A stretch of DNA of 63,206 bases, counting the filler, from Octopus bimaculoides (taxonomy: Eukaryota): NCBI RefSeq assembly GCF_001194135.2. It is 6 parts of 6 records of this genome, joined end to end, with 100 filler letters (N's around TTAATTAATTAA, not from the genome) between each part and the next. Parts side by side here need not be neighbours in the genome. Positions count along the whole stretch, not along the records: positions 5,760 to 23,930 come from NC_068988.1; positions 24,031 to 42,537 come from NC_068989.1; 4 more parts are not named here. One strand, written 5' to 3'. Positions 12,158 through 25,662 of this stretch are shown here, in pieces. The position numbers and the translations under genes are program-made. The notes below the pieces were generated by a model. It ran no database searches, had not been told where the DNA came from, and saw nothing but the letters and a program-made list of their open reading frames with translations. Each line of letters begins with the position of its first letter. Position 1 is the stretch's first letter.

Positions 12158-12368
12158 GAGCTGGCGGAATCGTTAGCACCCCGGGAGAAATGCACCGCAA
12201 TATTTCGTCTGACGCTGCATTCTGAGTTCAAATTCCGCCGGGGTCGACTTTACTTTTCATCTTTTCAGAGTCGATTAAATAAGTACCAGTTACGCACTGG
12301 GGTTGATGTAATCAACTTAATATCTTCGCCCGAATTTGAGGCCTTGTGCTTTCAGTAGAAAGGATTCT
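12158..12368 (+). mobile_element. SINE family A
   Basis: Head, B box GAGTTCAAATTCC, core and GGCCTTGTG...GTAGAAAGGATT tail. Confidence 0.85.
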
Positions 12369-13939
12369 TCTTCGCTCTTTTCTTCCTTCTTTTGTTCTAT
12401 CATTCCCATTTTGTCTCATTTTCCCTCTATTTCATTATTTTATTATTTATTATGTCTCATTTATATTACATGTATTTTATTTCCATTTTTTTCTTTCAGT
12501 CTTTGAAACTATTTTTTTCTCTTCCCTTTTTCCTCCCCTTTCATGTTTCCCCGTGATCACTTTTTTATGTGCTTCATTCATTACCCTTAAATCCAAGAGC
12601 AACCAAAATAAGGGAAACAATAAACAAAACCAAAAAATAAAAACAATGAAAAAAAAAGTAACAAAATGTCGTGCCCCAGTATGGCCACTTCATAATCACT
12701 GAAATAAGTAAGATAATAAAATAATAACCTAGACGGCCAAGAAGAAGTTTGGAAGAAAAAATGAGAAAAAGAATTGTTAGAAATACCGAAAGGAGGAAGT
12801 TAAAAGAAACAATCATTAAAGAATAATGGTATTTTTTCTGTTATTTCCTTTAGATTTCTCTCATTATTCATTTTCTTCCAATTTATAATTGATCCCTTTT
12901 TTTTTAATTCTTTAACTCTTCCCAACTGCTTCCATCTCCATAGTTTGATTTTCATTCATTACTTCCTTCTTTTCTCTCTATTTTTCTATCTTTCTTCTTT
13001 TTTCCTTTCTTTGATTATGTTATTCTTTTATTCTTTTGATACTTTCGGTATTTTTACTTTCAAATATTTCTTCTTGCTCTGTAGCAATTTTCCTTTAATG
13101 TTTGTTTACCGATTTTCAGTATTTTTCTCATCGCTTTCTTCTCGTTCTCATTTTTCTCTTTTTCTTTCTTTACTTCTTTCATTTTATTTTTTTTCTTCCA
13201 CATCAGTATCCTTAAAAATTATGTCGTTTCTCCAACATAATAATCCCCCCCACTTCTCTCTAAAGACACCCCCCTCTCCCTTATTTATTGTACACCTATT
13301 CTCCCAAACATATTTTCATCTTCTCGCCATTATTCACATCTCCCGCATCACTCATGTCTTCCATCATACCTTCCTTGCATGTCTCTCACACACACGCACG
13401 CACACACACGCACGCACACACACATGTACACACACACACACACGAACGAAGACACAAATGCACACATCATGTAATTATCTCCCTTCCTCTGTCTCTCTTA
13501 TTCCCCTTTCTTCATATGTCTCCTTTCTTTCTTACACTCTCTTACTCTCACTTTCCTGTTTTCTTTCTCTCCCCCTCTTCGTATATATANNNNNNNNNNG
13601 TGTGTGTGTGTTTACTAGTTCTTATTTATTGGCAATACGTCTAATAGTTTCTGTTAGTCAGTATTTGACTCTGTTGGAACTCTTCCACTAATCTTTGAAG
13701 TGAAGTGTAAGATAACGAGTAGCGGAGATAAAGAGCGTATTAGCAACATGACAAAATCTACAACTTACCTTTTCAAGACTTCATTGCCAAAAATTAAGAA
13801 CGGTTGATATACATTATCGAGAACACACCCACATACTAACACATCAAGTGACATCACTCATTTATCCAACAGAATTTCTTTCATTCTTCACTTTATAATT
13901 GAACAACAACGGCACCAATAACAATATTGTTGCTTCTTG

Positions 13940-13970
13940 TTATTGTTGTTGTTTGTTGTGTTGTTGTTGC

Positions 13971-14030
<60 letters not shown>

Positions 14031-14031
14031 C

Positions 14032-14076
<45 letters not shown>

Positions 14077-14103
14077 GTTGTTGTTGTTGTTGTTGTTGTT
14101 ATT
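13940..14103. repeat. Compound (GTT)n/(ATT)n microsatellite
   Basis: Direct reading. Confidence 0.95.
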
Positions 14104-14313
14104 AAGGCGGCGAGCTGACAAACGTTAGCACGGTGGGTGAAATGCTTAGCAGTATTTTGTCTTTCTTTATGTTCTGAGTTCAAATTCCGCTGTGTTCGAC
14201 TTTGCCTTTCATCCTTACGAAATCGATAAATTAAGTACCAGTTGCGTACGGGGGTGGATGTAATTGACAGCCCCCCTCCACTCAAAATTTCGGGCCTTCT
14301 GCCTAGAGTAGAA

Positions 14314-14314
<1 letters not shown>
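14104..14314 (+). mobile_element. SINE family A with (ATT)n tail
   Basis: Full-length match to the family A pattern. Confidence 0.85.
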
Positions 14315-14358
<44 letters not shown>

Positions 14359-14529
14359 ATTATTATTATTATTTATTTATTGATTTATTTATTATTATTA
14401 TCATTGTGTTTGGCTTTTGCCTTGTATTTGTACAAGTTGACTCCAAGTCTCACCCAGAGACCCCAGGTACTTACCGAAGGCGCTATGCAGTGAGATCGAA
14501 CTGGAAACCATGTGGTTGCATATTATTTC

Positions 14530-14685
14530 GTTAGCACACCGAGCCAAAGACTTAGCTGCATTTTATCCTTCTTTATTGTCTGAGTTCAAATTCCGCTGAG
14601 GTCAACTTTGCTTTTCGTCCTTTTGCGGGGTCGATGTAATTAGCCTTTCCCTGAAATTCCTAACTTTGTGACAAAATTTGAAAAC
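14530..14685 (+). mobile_element. SINE family A, degraded and internally deleted
   Basis: CGTTAGCAC...TCTGAGTTCAAATTCCGCTGAGGTCAACTTTGC...GGGGTCGATGTAAT. Confidence 0.7.
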
Positions 14686-17600
14686 ATTATTATTGTTATT
14701 ACTAGTAATAGTAAAAGTAGTAGTAGTATTAGTGCTAGTACTAATAGTAGAATTATTAGTATTACTATTAATTATAATAGTAGTATTGGTTTTATTACTG
14801 TCACCATTGTTGTTGCTTGTGAAACTTGAGTTTTTTCTGTTTCCTACTTGCAACAGAATGCAAAATTCAAAAATAAAGAACATCTGTAGAAGGACAGGAG
14901 AAATGTTGGAAATTATATTATCTCTGTCGACCAGTCAGCAAGTGAGAAACTTCATAGTGTATTTTGAATGTAAAACAGTCTTTCGCAGGCATGCCTTTCC
15001 ACACAATACTACAGATGCCATAACGATTAAAAACTGTCATTAGCAACAATAAGAGTATTAACTAACGAACAGCACTAAACCAACCACAGTAGTCGGAACA
15101 AGAGCATAAACTTACCTCTCAAAGAACTCGAAAAACCTGCAGCAGCAAAAATCAGGCATTGCCAACATACAGCATCATATTGTATTATCATAAACTCCAT
15201 CCAAATATAAAGCAGTGTCAATGATTCTAACAACGGCAGCAGCAGTGAAATATACCAAAATTATTCATTTTACCAGGATCGTTAACAATTTTGATCGCAC
15301 CTCACAAGTCAATAAGAATGAACAATTAGAAAAGGCCTAGAAACACTTCAATGTACTAAAAAAAAAAGAAGAAAAACAGAGGAAAGTTACGCTCAGCATA
15401 CTACAGATCTTTTGGACCAAACAGTAAGGAAACCAGCCACGTTTGCGCCTATGCAGTCATATGTAATTTTTGCAATATGGTCTGGTATTTGGCTGATGAA
15501 TATGTCTAAACATATCAAAACCATTATTTTCTTGGCAGATTTCGAGAGAAGAAACAAAGAAATAGTTTTGGAAAATATTGCACTTAACATCACACCCTTC
15601 GACTGGACCAACAGTATAGAAGCAAAATATGTAGAGTCGTGCAGGCTTATTTTATTTCTTAGCTTCTTTACTGTCACTCTTTCATGCTTATATCATTTTT
15701 AAGTATATATTCTGATTTGCTGTGTAGAATTTCCAGCGTACAAATACTTGAAAATAACACGGGAAAAATATACAGCTTAAAGAAAAAAGAAGAAAATACA
15801 GAGATGTGGACGAATAATTATAAGAATAATTGTAATGATACAAGAAATGTTTTGATGATAGTATTAATAAGAATAAGAGGTAAAAAAAGATAAGACAGTA
15901 AATTAAGAGTACTGAAACAACAGATGAGAGATGTAAATGAAGAATATTTAATATATATAATCTCTCATAATAATATCAGTAAAAGGAAAATCGAGTTATC
16001 AGACGTGAGAAAAGAAGAAAAAAAAATGATCTGTACAAGGGATGCCATTTGTTGATGGTGCTTATGGTGCGAAAGAGGAGTAGGGTGGTGGAGTTATGGT
16101 GATTATGATAAAATAGAGATTGTGTGATAATGGGGATGATGACGATGATGAGGATGGTGCTGATAATATTTTCTATCATATTGCTGATAATGGTAATTTT
16201 GTAGATACCGTTCATAATGTTGTGACGCATCTGTTGATGGTGATGGTGATACTGATGATGATGTATATCTATTTTAAAATAATGAAATCTGCTAATTAAT
16301 TTGTTTGGAGTATGTAATGTTTTCTAATAATCATTACAGTTTACATTGTCTAAAGACTTATAATTTCCAGTTTTGATATATTTGTATCACAATGCGCTTT
16401 TGACATTTCTTTTTTTTTTTCTATTAAAGATTTATTTCAAATTCATGATTCAATCACAAAACTAATTTTATTTACAGCGAGGTAGTCATCTTACGCTGTG
16501 AGCTAACGTTACTTAAAGACTCTTTTCTACTTTTCTTCTAGAAATATAAAGGTAGTGGAAATATTTGCAACGCCACAATCTGCAGACATATCAGTAAAAA
16601 ACAGTTTTGAAATTAGAAATGTATCCATCGTCAGGCAAATTATATTACTTCCAGTGCCCCTTCATATTTGTCAGGTATTGTTGAAGAAATAAAAAGCTGA
16701 ATAAGAAAGTGGCTGTAATTTACATCATTTGTACCAAATATAATTTACTTTCAAATAAAGTATTTGATTTCAGTGCACAACGCTGTTCAAAAATAACCAC
16801 TGTAGGAAATTATTACAGTACATGATAAAGACTACAGCATAACATCTGTTATATACTTCCGATAGTCAATTATTTTGCTGAGACTAAAATTGTTCGTGTT
16901 ATCAAAGTTCATATGGTCAAGGATATAGAAATATTCATTTTCTATCTCTGTACATCTCTTATGTATTTATGTTTACACATGTCTGCTTTCCAGGTGTGTG
17001 GCGGAAAATACAAAACCTAATCGCTTCAAGTTCAGGAAGGATGGTTATTTAAAATCCATATTCTCTAAAAGATAAAATAAAATAAAATAAAATGAAATAA
17101 ACGAAGAAAAGTAAGAAATCTTAGCAACTTGATGTAGAGACCAACACCTATGTCATCACTAGGAGTGTGTTGATCAGGACCCTTATCCATTGAATTAACG
17201 CATCTGACTAAGAAAAGGAAAATGGGTTTCAAATCCACATCTACATTATTGTCTTCATAAAATGAGTAACATCCAATTTCTTTTCTTTTCTTTTCTTTTC
17301 TATAATGACCCGCTTTACCACATCTCTTTTTATTTTCTAGATTTTCATTCCGTATGACGAGATTATTGATGCTACATCTTGTAAAGACGGTTTTCTACTG
17401 GTTTTACCGCTGATATTTTATAACAGCGGTCCATTGGGTTTGGTGTTGTTTATATTATTATTAGAATTGTTTTTGTTGCTGTATTTGTTGTTACTTTTAT
17501 AATCTTTTTACAACTCGTTCGACCGAAAATCTTTCAAATTGCTTCCAATATTACCTACATCTCCAACCACCCTGATATCAGTTCTTAACACATTTCCTGC

Positions 17601-18585
17601 TACAAAATGACGATCAGCCAAGTGTCGGTATTATTTGCAATACTCTTGTCTGTGACCGTCTTGTTCCATATTCTTCACACGCGTTATAATATAACCGTTT
17701 GTTCGAGTGCATGATTTTCCTCTCGGCCTCTTTTCTCTTCTTGCCGTCAGTTTGAAAATAAGACATAAGATTTCACCTTCCCTATCGATTCTGATGTCGG
17801 AGGTAGCTCTTCTCACAATAAGCATGGTTAACATTAGAGTTTTTCTTTAACCACGGTGGGAAAATCCGTTGTTTAGATTTGCAGCCTTACTATTTCCCTG
17901 CTCTTGGATATAAAGACCTGCAAGAAAAGCAACTTACTCTTTGGTCTTGTATTTCTGCAACGTAGTTCTTTTCTTGTCAGAATCTTTGAAGATCCGTAAA
18001 TACAGAATTGTTATCAGTCATTCTTGACGTCATTCAACAGAATGCTGTGGCTTCATCAAGATTGGCAATTAGTAAAATACTTGCGTATGTAAGTATAAAA
18101 GACTTATTTCTAACAGGCTCGTTAAATTGTTGAAATTTACTCATTCAATTATTGAAGGATTACTTCTTTCGTATTCAATTCGCGTGTTTTATTATGAGCT
18201 GAAATTTAAATTAATTATTTTTTTTTATTACTTGATAGTTATACTCCTTTTCACGGCATATTTTAAACTAAGGCAGGGCATCAAAATGCGCTTTCTCTTT
18301 TTAGCAGTTTAAACGACATGTTAAATAACAAACCCGTATTCAGACAGTTTCTATTCTCTAAAACTTCTTGCATTATACAAGATGTTTCAACCGTATACCT
18401 ACAGAGTACCTCATCCAAGTTTGAGCTGGTATCCCGCTCCCACATCTCCCTGTTCCATTCTCTTGCCGTACCCAATATATTTCTTACTGAACATGTTTCT
18501 CAATTCTTCCATCATATTATTTTCTACCCTTGGTAAAATCGCCTTTGTCTATGTGTTAGTCACAAGCATTATTTGGCGATACATA

Positions 18586-18624
<39 letters not shown>

Positions 18625-19228
18625 CTGTGTGCGTGTGTGAGTGTGTGCTTGTGTGTGTGGATTATTTTTAACAAGAATAGTATTAACAGTGACTTCGAAT
18701 TTTAGGCAGCTGAGACATTCATCGGTCAAAATAAAAATCCAGATATTTTTTTCCTTCGTATAGGTGGAGTTCTGTTGAATGGTACTTAGGTTGTAAGGTG
18801 AATTATGATAGGGAGGTATTATTTAAAAAAAATTATCGATAAAATTTGACGTTATGCTATTATTTAGAATTTATTCATTCGTGTAAAACCTTGGAAATAG
18901 ATGTGTAAATTCAAGTGTGTCCGCTTCAGGTCATGGGATTCTTTTATTTTTTTGGTTTCATCTAAGAATGTAGGTAGGTGCCTGTTTTTTGGTCAGCAGA
19001 TGGGTCGTTAACTTTAGTTGTTGGTTTTACTGGATTTAATACTTTGCTTTGAGAATGTTATGGTCAAATTCGATATATAGTCAAGCCTTTTAATATATTT
19101 GATTGGGTCTGTCAATTTTTAAAAAGATTTATAACTCAAATTATTTTACATCAAATTTTACTGCTCATTTTATGACATAATCCTTCAGATTAATGTACAA
19201 CTGTTTTTAGTATAACTTAATGTTTGTA

Positions 19229-19291
<63 letters not shown>

Positions 19292-20653
19292 CATGCGTAT
19301 AGATATATACGTCTGTGTGTATGTGTGTATGTAATTCCCCCACATATTGTATCTGCGTTTAGATGAAATAAAACTACGTGTGAATCGATTCCTGAGAAGA
19401 TTTCAACGTATAGAAATTGCAGCATGTACCTATCGAATACCATCAGCTCACCTTAAGATATAAATATAACTGACGAAATGTTTGAGAAAAAGTATGTATT
19501 CACGACAATGTACTCAATTGTCTATTTTCTTATCATACCTGCCTCAAAGACATAATTTAACTGATGCAAAGAAGAACAAGAATAGCAAAACAATAAAATC
19601 TACAGCAAGCCATGTGTGGATTAATCAATCATTTAGAGGTTTAGCAAATAGATGAGAATATGTTTGGAACTGCGTAGATGATAAATATTTCTCAACAACC
19701 CAGCTTAAGTATTAAAATAGGAGATTTTAGCATCGTGTTTTCTTTATCTCTACTGGTCCTGGCAGCAAGACGGAAATATCTTACAGAACGTAGAATTTCT
19801 CACTATCGAGTGAAACTGACAATCAACGATGGACAAAACCCATTCAGACGGTCATGTACTAAACTAATCCTAATAAATCTTAAGAGAAACACGAATTATT
19901 CCTGGTCGACTGAGATGCTTTAATTCTCTGCTAAATCAGAATGGATTCATGATTTTGGTGACTAAATCGAAGTAACTTTACTGCGTATATTGTAATTGCT
20001 GTCACGTATTCTTCGACAATGGAACTCAATAATTGAAGTGTGAGCTCAAGCAAATGCGAGAAGATATATAATAATGTTATTGCTACACAAATTTGCTGCA
20101 CAAAGCTTAATTAACAATGGTCATTACTATCTGCAAACAATGCTCTTAGTATTTCTGTATGAGGAAGCATCTTTTTTTTGCCTTATTTAAATGCAGTAAC
20201 GCAAGTGTGTATGCATATACGTGTATATGTACACATGCGCTTGTACATATACGTATACACACACACACACACACGTGCGCGCGCACACACCTCATATATA
20301 GAATACGTTGGAATGAGAGATGGATAACAGAGAATGACTGATAGGGAGAGAGAGAGAAAAGTAGAGATTGATAGATAAAGAGTAGATATATAAACAGACA
20401 GACAGCTGGCTAACTAGCCAACTAGACACACAGTCAGACAGACAGACAGACAGCTAGCTAGATAGATAGATAGAGAGATAGATAGATAGATAGATGGATA
20501 GATAGATGGTTATATATATATNNNNNNNNNNNGTGTGTTTTTATTGGCTAAACTGGCAATATGACCATCCCCAAGTACAACAACATCTGTTTCAACACAC
20601 GATTTCACATAAAAAATCTTGCAAAACAAATATATATATATATATATACACAT

Positions 20654-20722
<69 letters not shown>

Positions 20723-21861
20723 CGAGCAGACAGACAGCTGGCCTATATCGATGGGTAAAGAGGGTGAATTGATTTTCAAAGGCATGCAAAAGGTAGCATG
20801 GCGATTGTAAATGAAGGGTTAGTTAGATAGAAAGATAGATAATTTGAGTCATGAAAAAGAAAGGGGAGGTGATAACAGAGCAAATGATTAAAGCATATAG
20901 TCAAAATGGATGTGAGCATTAGAAAAAGAAAGAAAAGAAGAGGCTTGAATATGACAATTGGTGAAATCCAAAATGCAAAATGATATTTTGATTTATAATC
21001 AACCACAAATCATATATATGAAAATTGCATAGAAAACCTCTCATTCTATTTATGATTCTACGTTTCGCAAATCATGACTTTTTACCAAAACACTGTAATT
21101 CCGATAGCAAGTTCGGTATAGGCTCTTCGGATTCAAATCTGGTTAAGATAAAATCTAAAATTTGAGGAAATGAATGAGTTTTAGGAAGTAATTAATCGAA
21201 ATTAACATTGATAATCTGCACATGTTCTATTTTAGTCATTAAAATTGCATCAAATACGGGAAGTTTTCATGAAGAGGATGGGCAACATAACTGATACACA
21301 GATGTCTGGAAATCCTTTTCTGCAGAGGAGAAGGAATATTTAGCAATTTCAGAACTTTGAGATCGAACCTGGATCACTATGTCCGCTGAAAAGGCAACTA
21401 AAGTACACGATCGCGATTCGCTAAAATGTTACCAACGTCATCAGTATACCTGACCATTCAAGCATTCTTATGTAACCGGACCTAATAGTAATTCATGTTT
21501 TAAGCGCTGTCTATGACGAATAGCATCATTATTTAATCCGCGCCTTGTAGCCATGAAGTGTCAACAGTCAGACGATAGTACTAGTGAACCAGCACAAGAT
21601 CAGAGCGGTATCATAACATCAAAACAATGGTACGGCAGCGGCAGTCGCGCACCATATCCAGCTAATTTCTGTCATACCTAGTCCAAAAGTAAATCATATA
21701 AGCTTCCAACTATCTTGGTGTAAACATTATTCTCTTAACTTTCGTAGTAACGACAACATATTTGTTAACGGTAAAAATAAATATCTTTGCCTTAGAAAGC
21801 ATCGGAGTTTGTGTTCTTCGTAAAATATATATCTCATTCCACTATATTGATTTCATATTTT

Positions 21862-22055
21862 AGTACAAGGCCAAATTCAGGGGAGTGGAAAACTCGATTA
21901 CATCCAACCCTGTAATCAACTGGTATTTATTTGATCAGCTCCGAAAGGATGAAAAGCAAAGTCGACCTCGGTGGCATTTGAGCTTAGAACGTAACGTCGG
22001 AGGTAATGATGCAGAGCATTTTTCCGGTGCTGTAACGATTCTGCCCACGCTCTGC
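21862..22055 (-). mobile_element. SINE family A
   Basis: AACTGGTATTTATTTGATC...CCGAAAGGATGAAAAGCAAAGTCGACCTCGG...ACGATTCTGCC. Confidence 0.75.
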
Positions 22056-22575
22056 CTTTCTCTTTCCACTATATTGAGATCTACTTTTAACAGAACTGTT
22101 GTGCCGACGCCCCCAGACGAAGAAGTAGGATCTCCCAAGACATATAAATAGAGGTAGTCTGGCCGTGGTACGAGTGTTGAGTAACAGTCGAGTAGCAGTT
22201 GTGTAGCGGTTGAGTAGAGACCATCCGAAGGTGCTAGATAGCAGTAGCTTGAGATATAACAAAAACTATGAGAAATTTTCTATGGAGCACATCCTTACTT
22301 CACTAACATCAGCAAATAGCCTTCAGATGCACAGAGAATAAATTGGGAGCTCACATGTAATCCTCAACACTTGATGCCAGACAGCTACGCTAAACATTAG
22401 ATTATGGTGCAATTTACGACTGAGAGATAATAGATGATCGTCTACGCAACGGACTTTATACATGCTGAGAAGGTAACGAAGTATCCTATACGTCGCGACT
22501 TTTTTAAAAGTTAGGGGCCGAAACTCCTTCAGATTGCGACTTAATATTTTTAGAAAAAGAAAATATAATATAGAC

Positions 22576-22878
22576 GTAGGAGTGGCTGTGTGGTAAGTAG
22601 CTTGCTTACAAACCACATGGTTCCGGCTTCAGTCCCACTGCGTGGCACCTTGGGCAAGTGTCTTCCATTAAAGCCTCGGGCCGCCCAAAGCCTTCTGAGT
22701 TNNNNNNNNNNNNNNNNNNNNNNNNNNNNNNNNNNNNNNNNNNNNNNNNNNNNNNNNNNNNNNNNNNNNNNNNNNNNNNNNNNNNNNNNNNNNNNNNNNN
22801 NNNNNNNNNNNNNNNNNNNNNNNNNNNNNNNNNNNNNNNNNNNNNNNNNNNNNNNNNNNNNNNNNNNNNNNNNNNNNN

Positions 22879-22909
<31 letters not shown>

Positions 22910-23106
22910 GTTTGTGTTTGTCCCCCTACCATCGCTTGGCAACCAATCCTGGTGTGTTTACGTCCCCGTAACTTAGCGGTTCGGCAAAAAGAGACCGATA
23001 GAATAAGTACTAGGCTTACAAAGAATAAGTCCTGGGGTCGATTTTCTCGACTAAAGGTGGTGCTCCAGCATGGCGGCAGTCAAATGACTGAAGCAACTAA
23101 AAGAGT
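22576..23106 (+). mobile_element. SINE family B, full length across an N gap (tRNA head, CORE-like block, internal TA/TG microsatellite, 3' module)
   Basis: GGAGTGGCTGTGTGGTAAG, GGCTTCAGTCCC, ACCTTGGGCAAGTGTCTT (resembles the CORE-SINE block), 3' GGTGCTCCAGCATGG...AAATGACTGAA. Confidence 0.9.
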
Positions 23107-23657
23107 ATAACAACGCTTTTGATTCACTAAATGACTAAATGTCGAGATGGTTACGTGGCTATATTGCTTTCATGATATGTCTATTCGGTGGAGCACTGAA
23201 GAAGTGTTAATCAACTAAGATATTTCTCTCTTTTCTTCCAGCTATTCCTTTTTATTTCAATCATTATCGATTAATGGGAACTCAAAGAACAATACATAAA
23301 AAAACTTCCAGAGTCTCAGATTTTGTAAGTAAATGTCAAAAGGATATTCTAGAAAAGTTAAAATTTTCAGAAAAAAAAAAAAAATCAATCATCTAGCACG
23401 CTCATTAAAATTCCATCTTGTTAGCAGGACAGCAAAAATGTGCAAGACTTTTGTCAAGTTGAACATGTGACGTTGTCTGTCTTACCAATATTCCAACGAT
23501 GACGCTTTGTGTCCTTGTTAAAAACCAGTTCCTATATACGCACGGATACAGTTACATACGTACACTCATACATATATTTAAAAGTATGTGCGCGTGTGTG
23601 TATAAACAACTTGTAGCGTCATAAACAGAAATAGTTACCAGAAAAAAAAAGAAAATA

Positions 23658-23930
23658 ATAGTTCAGTTATAATGTTTGTCACAATGTTCAGTTATAATGT
23701 TTGTCACAATGTTCAGTTATAATGTTTGTCACAATGTTCAGTTATAATGTTTGTCACAATGTTCAATTATAATGTTTGTCACAATGTTCAGTTATAATGT
23801 TTGTCACAATGTTCAGTTATAATATTTGTCACAATGTTCAATTATAATGTTTGTCACAATGTTCAGTTATAATGTTTGTCACAATGTTCAGTTATAATGT
23901 TTGTCACAATGTTCAATTATAATGTTTGTC
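23658..23930. repeat. 25-bp minisatellite (AATGTTCAGTTATAATGTTTGTCAC) x about 11, running into a gap
   Basis: GTTCA starts at 23661, 23686, 23711 ... 23911; no spacers. Confidence 0.95.
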
Positions 23931-24030
23931 NNNNNNNNNNNNNNNNNNNNNNNNNNNNNNNNNNNNNNNNNNNNTTAATTAATTAANNNNNNNNNNNNNN
24001 NNNNNNNNNNNNNNNNNNNNNNNNNNNNNN

Positions 24031-24600
24031 ATAACTGCCCGGATGCAGTACCAGGCAGTGGTTCTCATGGCTTTTGATCTTAATTGATTGGAAGTGTTAT
24101 CATGTACATTGTTTTGTCTTGGTATAAAAGATGGGCTACAGCAAATATTCTGCTTAATACCACAGATTTGCTTGTCAGTTGTTTGACCTTAACCAGTTGA
24201 GCATGTCCCTTGGTGGCTGACAATATGTGCATCTCTGATCATGAGCAGAAGTAGTGGGGGAGAATCATAGCCATGTGTTGAGAGGAATTCTTTGGGGTTT
24301 GAATAATTCACCTTTGGAAACATGGGTGTTTTGCTCAACATCCTTAAACAAACCTTATTCAGGGATGTTTTGAGCGGAATGGGCTATTCGACATAACTGG
24401 GCCCCACCTGCGAGGTCATGTGCTGTTTCTCTTGATATGAGATCACCATGTCGCGCACATATGGTTGTGATGCATGTGCCTGGTGTACCCTTATCAGGCG
24501 GGTAGTCATGATGGGTATAATGGGCTTCGTATATTTTACCCCAGTGTCACTTTGATGACATGCACTGCTCTCTCACTCAATAATAATAATAATAATAATA
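24031..24600 (+). mobile_element. Probable LINE-derived 3' end with (AAT)n tail
   Basis: GC-richer non-coding block ending CTCTCTCACTCAATAATAATAAT. Resembles an abundant octopus repeat as I recall it; clade not assignable here. Confidence 0.5.
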
Positions 24601-24607
24601 ACAATAA

Positions 24608-24740
24608 TGGAGTTGGAGGTCGACTTTACCTTTCAGCCTTTCGCGGTCGATAAATTAAGTAACAGTTGAATGCTGGGGTCGATGTAATCGACGAGTCCCC
24701 TCCCCACAAATTTCAGGCCGTGTGCCTAAAATAGGAAAGA
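24608..24740 (+). mobile_element. SINE family A 3' part
   Basis: GGTCGACTTTACCTTTCAGCCTTTCGCGGTCGATAAATTAAGTA...AAATTTCAGGCCGTGTGCCTA. Confidence 0.75.
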
Positions 24741-24784
24741 TTATTATTATTATTATTATTATTATTGTTATTATTATTATTATC

Positions 24785-24818
<34 letters not shown>

Positions 24819-25084
24819 ATTTCGATTGGTCCGTTATAGAATCTGCGTCCTTCTGCATTAACTGCTCAAGAAGATGCGATTTTATCTCTCTCAGAGATAA
24901 AGTCTCACATTCCATAAAAATCCTTTGCAACTTCGATCGAAACATCACAATTTCTGAATTCTTGCAGACACTTCTGTGACGACAAATTATGGACAAATTT
25001 CCAATTACCAACAGGATAGGATTCTCTATTTTCTACGTAATGGATTTTCTTTAGGCTGAAAAAAAGGGTATTTATTTGTTACTC

Positions 25085-25516
25085 TTCTACTCTTTTACTT
25101 GTTTCAATCATTTTGACTGCGGTCATGCTGGAGCACCGCCTTTAGTCGAGCGCAAATCGACCCCAGGACTTATTCTTTGTAAGCCTAGTACTTATTCTAT
25201 CGGTCTCTTTTTGCCGAACCACTAAGTGACGGGGACGTAAACACACCAGCATCGGTTGTCAAGCGATGTTGGGGGGACAAACACAGACACACAAAAACAC
25301 ATACACACACACGCATATATATATATATGTATGTATATATATATATATATATATAATATATACGACGGGCTTCTTTCAGTTTCCGTCTACCAAATCTACT
25401 CACAAGGCTTTGGTCGGCCCGAGGCTATAGCAGAAGACACTTGCCCAAGGTGCCACGCAGTGGGACTGAACCCAGAACCATGTGGTTGGTAAGCAAGCTA
25501 CTTACCACACAGAAAC
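25085..25516 (-). mobile_element. SINE family B
   Basis: Near-complete reverse complement of family B up to the gap. Confidence 0.9.
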
Positions 25517-25662
25517 NNNNNNNNNNNNNNNNNNNNNNNNNNNNNNNNNNNNNNNNNNNNNNNNNNNNNNNNNNNNNNNNNNNNNNNNNNNNNNNNNNNN
25601 NNNNNNNNNNNNNNNNNNNNNNNNNNNNNNNNNNNNNNNNNNNNNNNNNNNNNNNNNNNNNN

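Noticed and set aside
23658-23930. CRISPR-like array (also 57715-57893)
   Set aside because: Units are contiguous with no unique spacers, there are no cas genes, and the context is eukaryotic.
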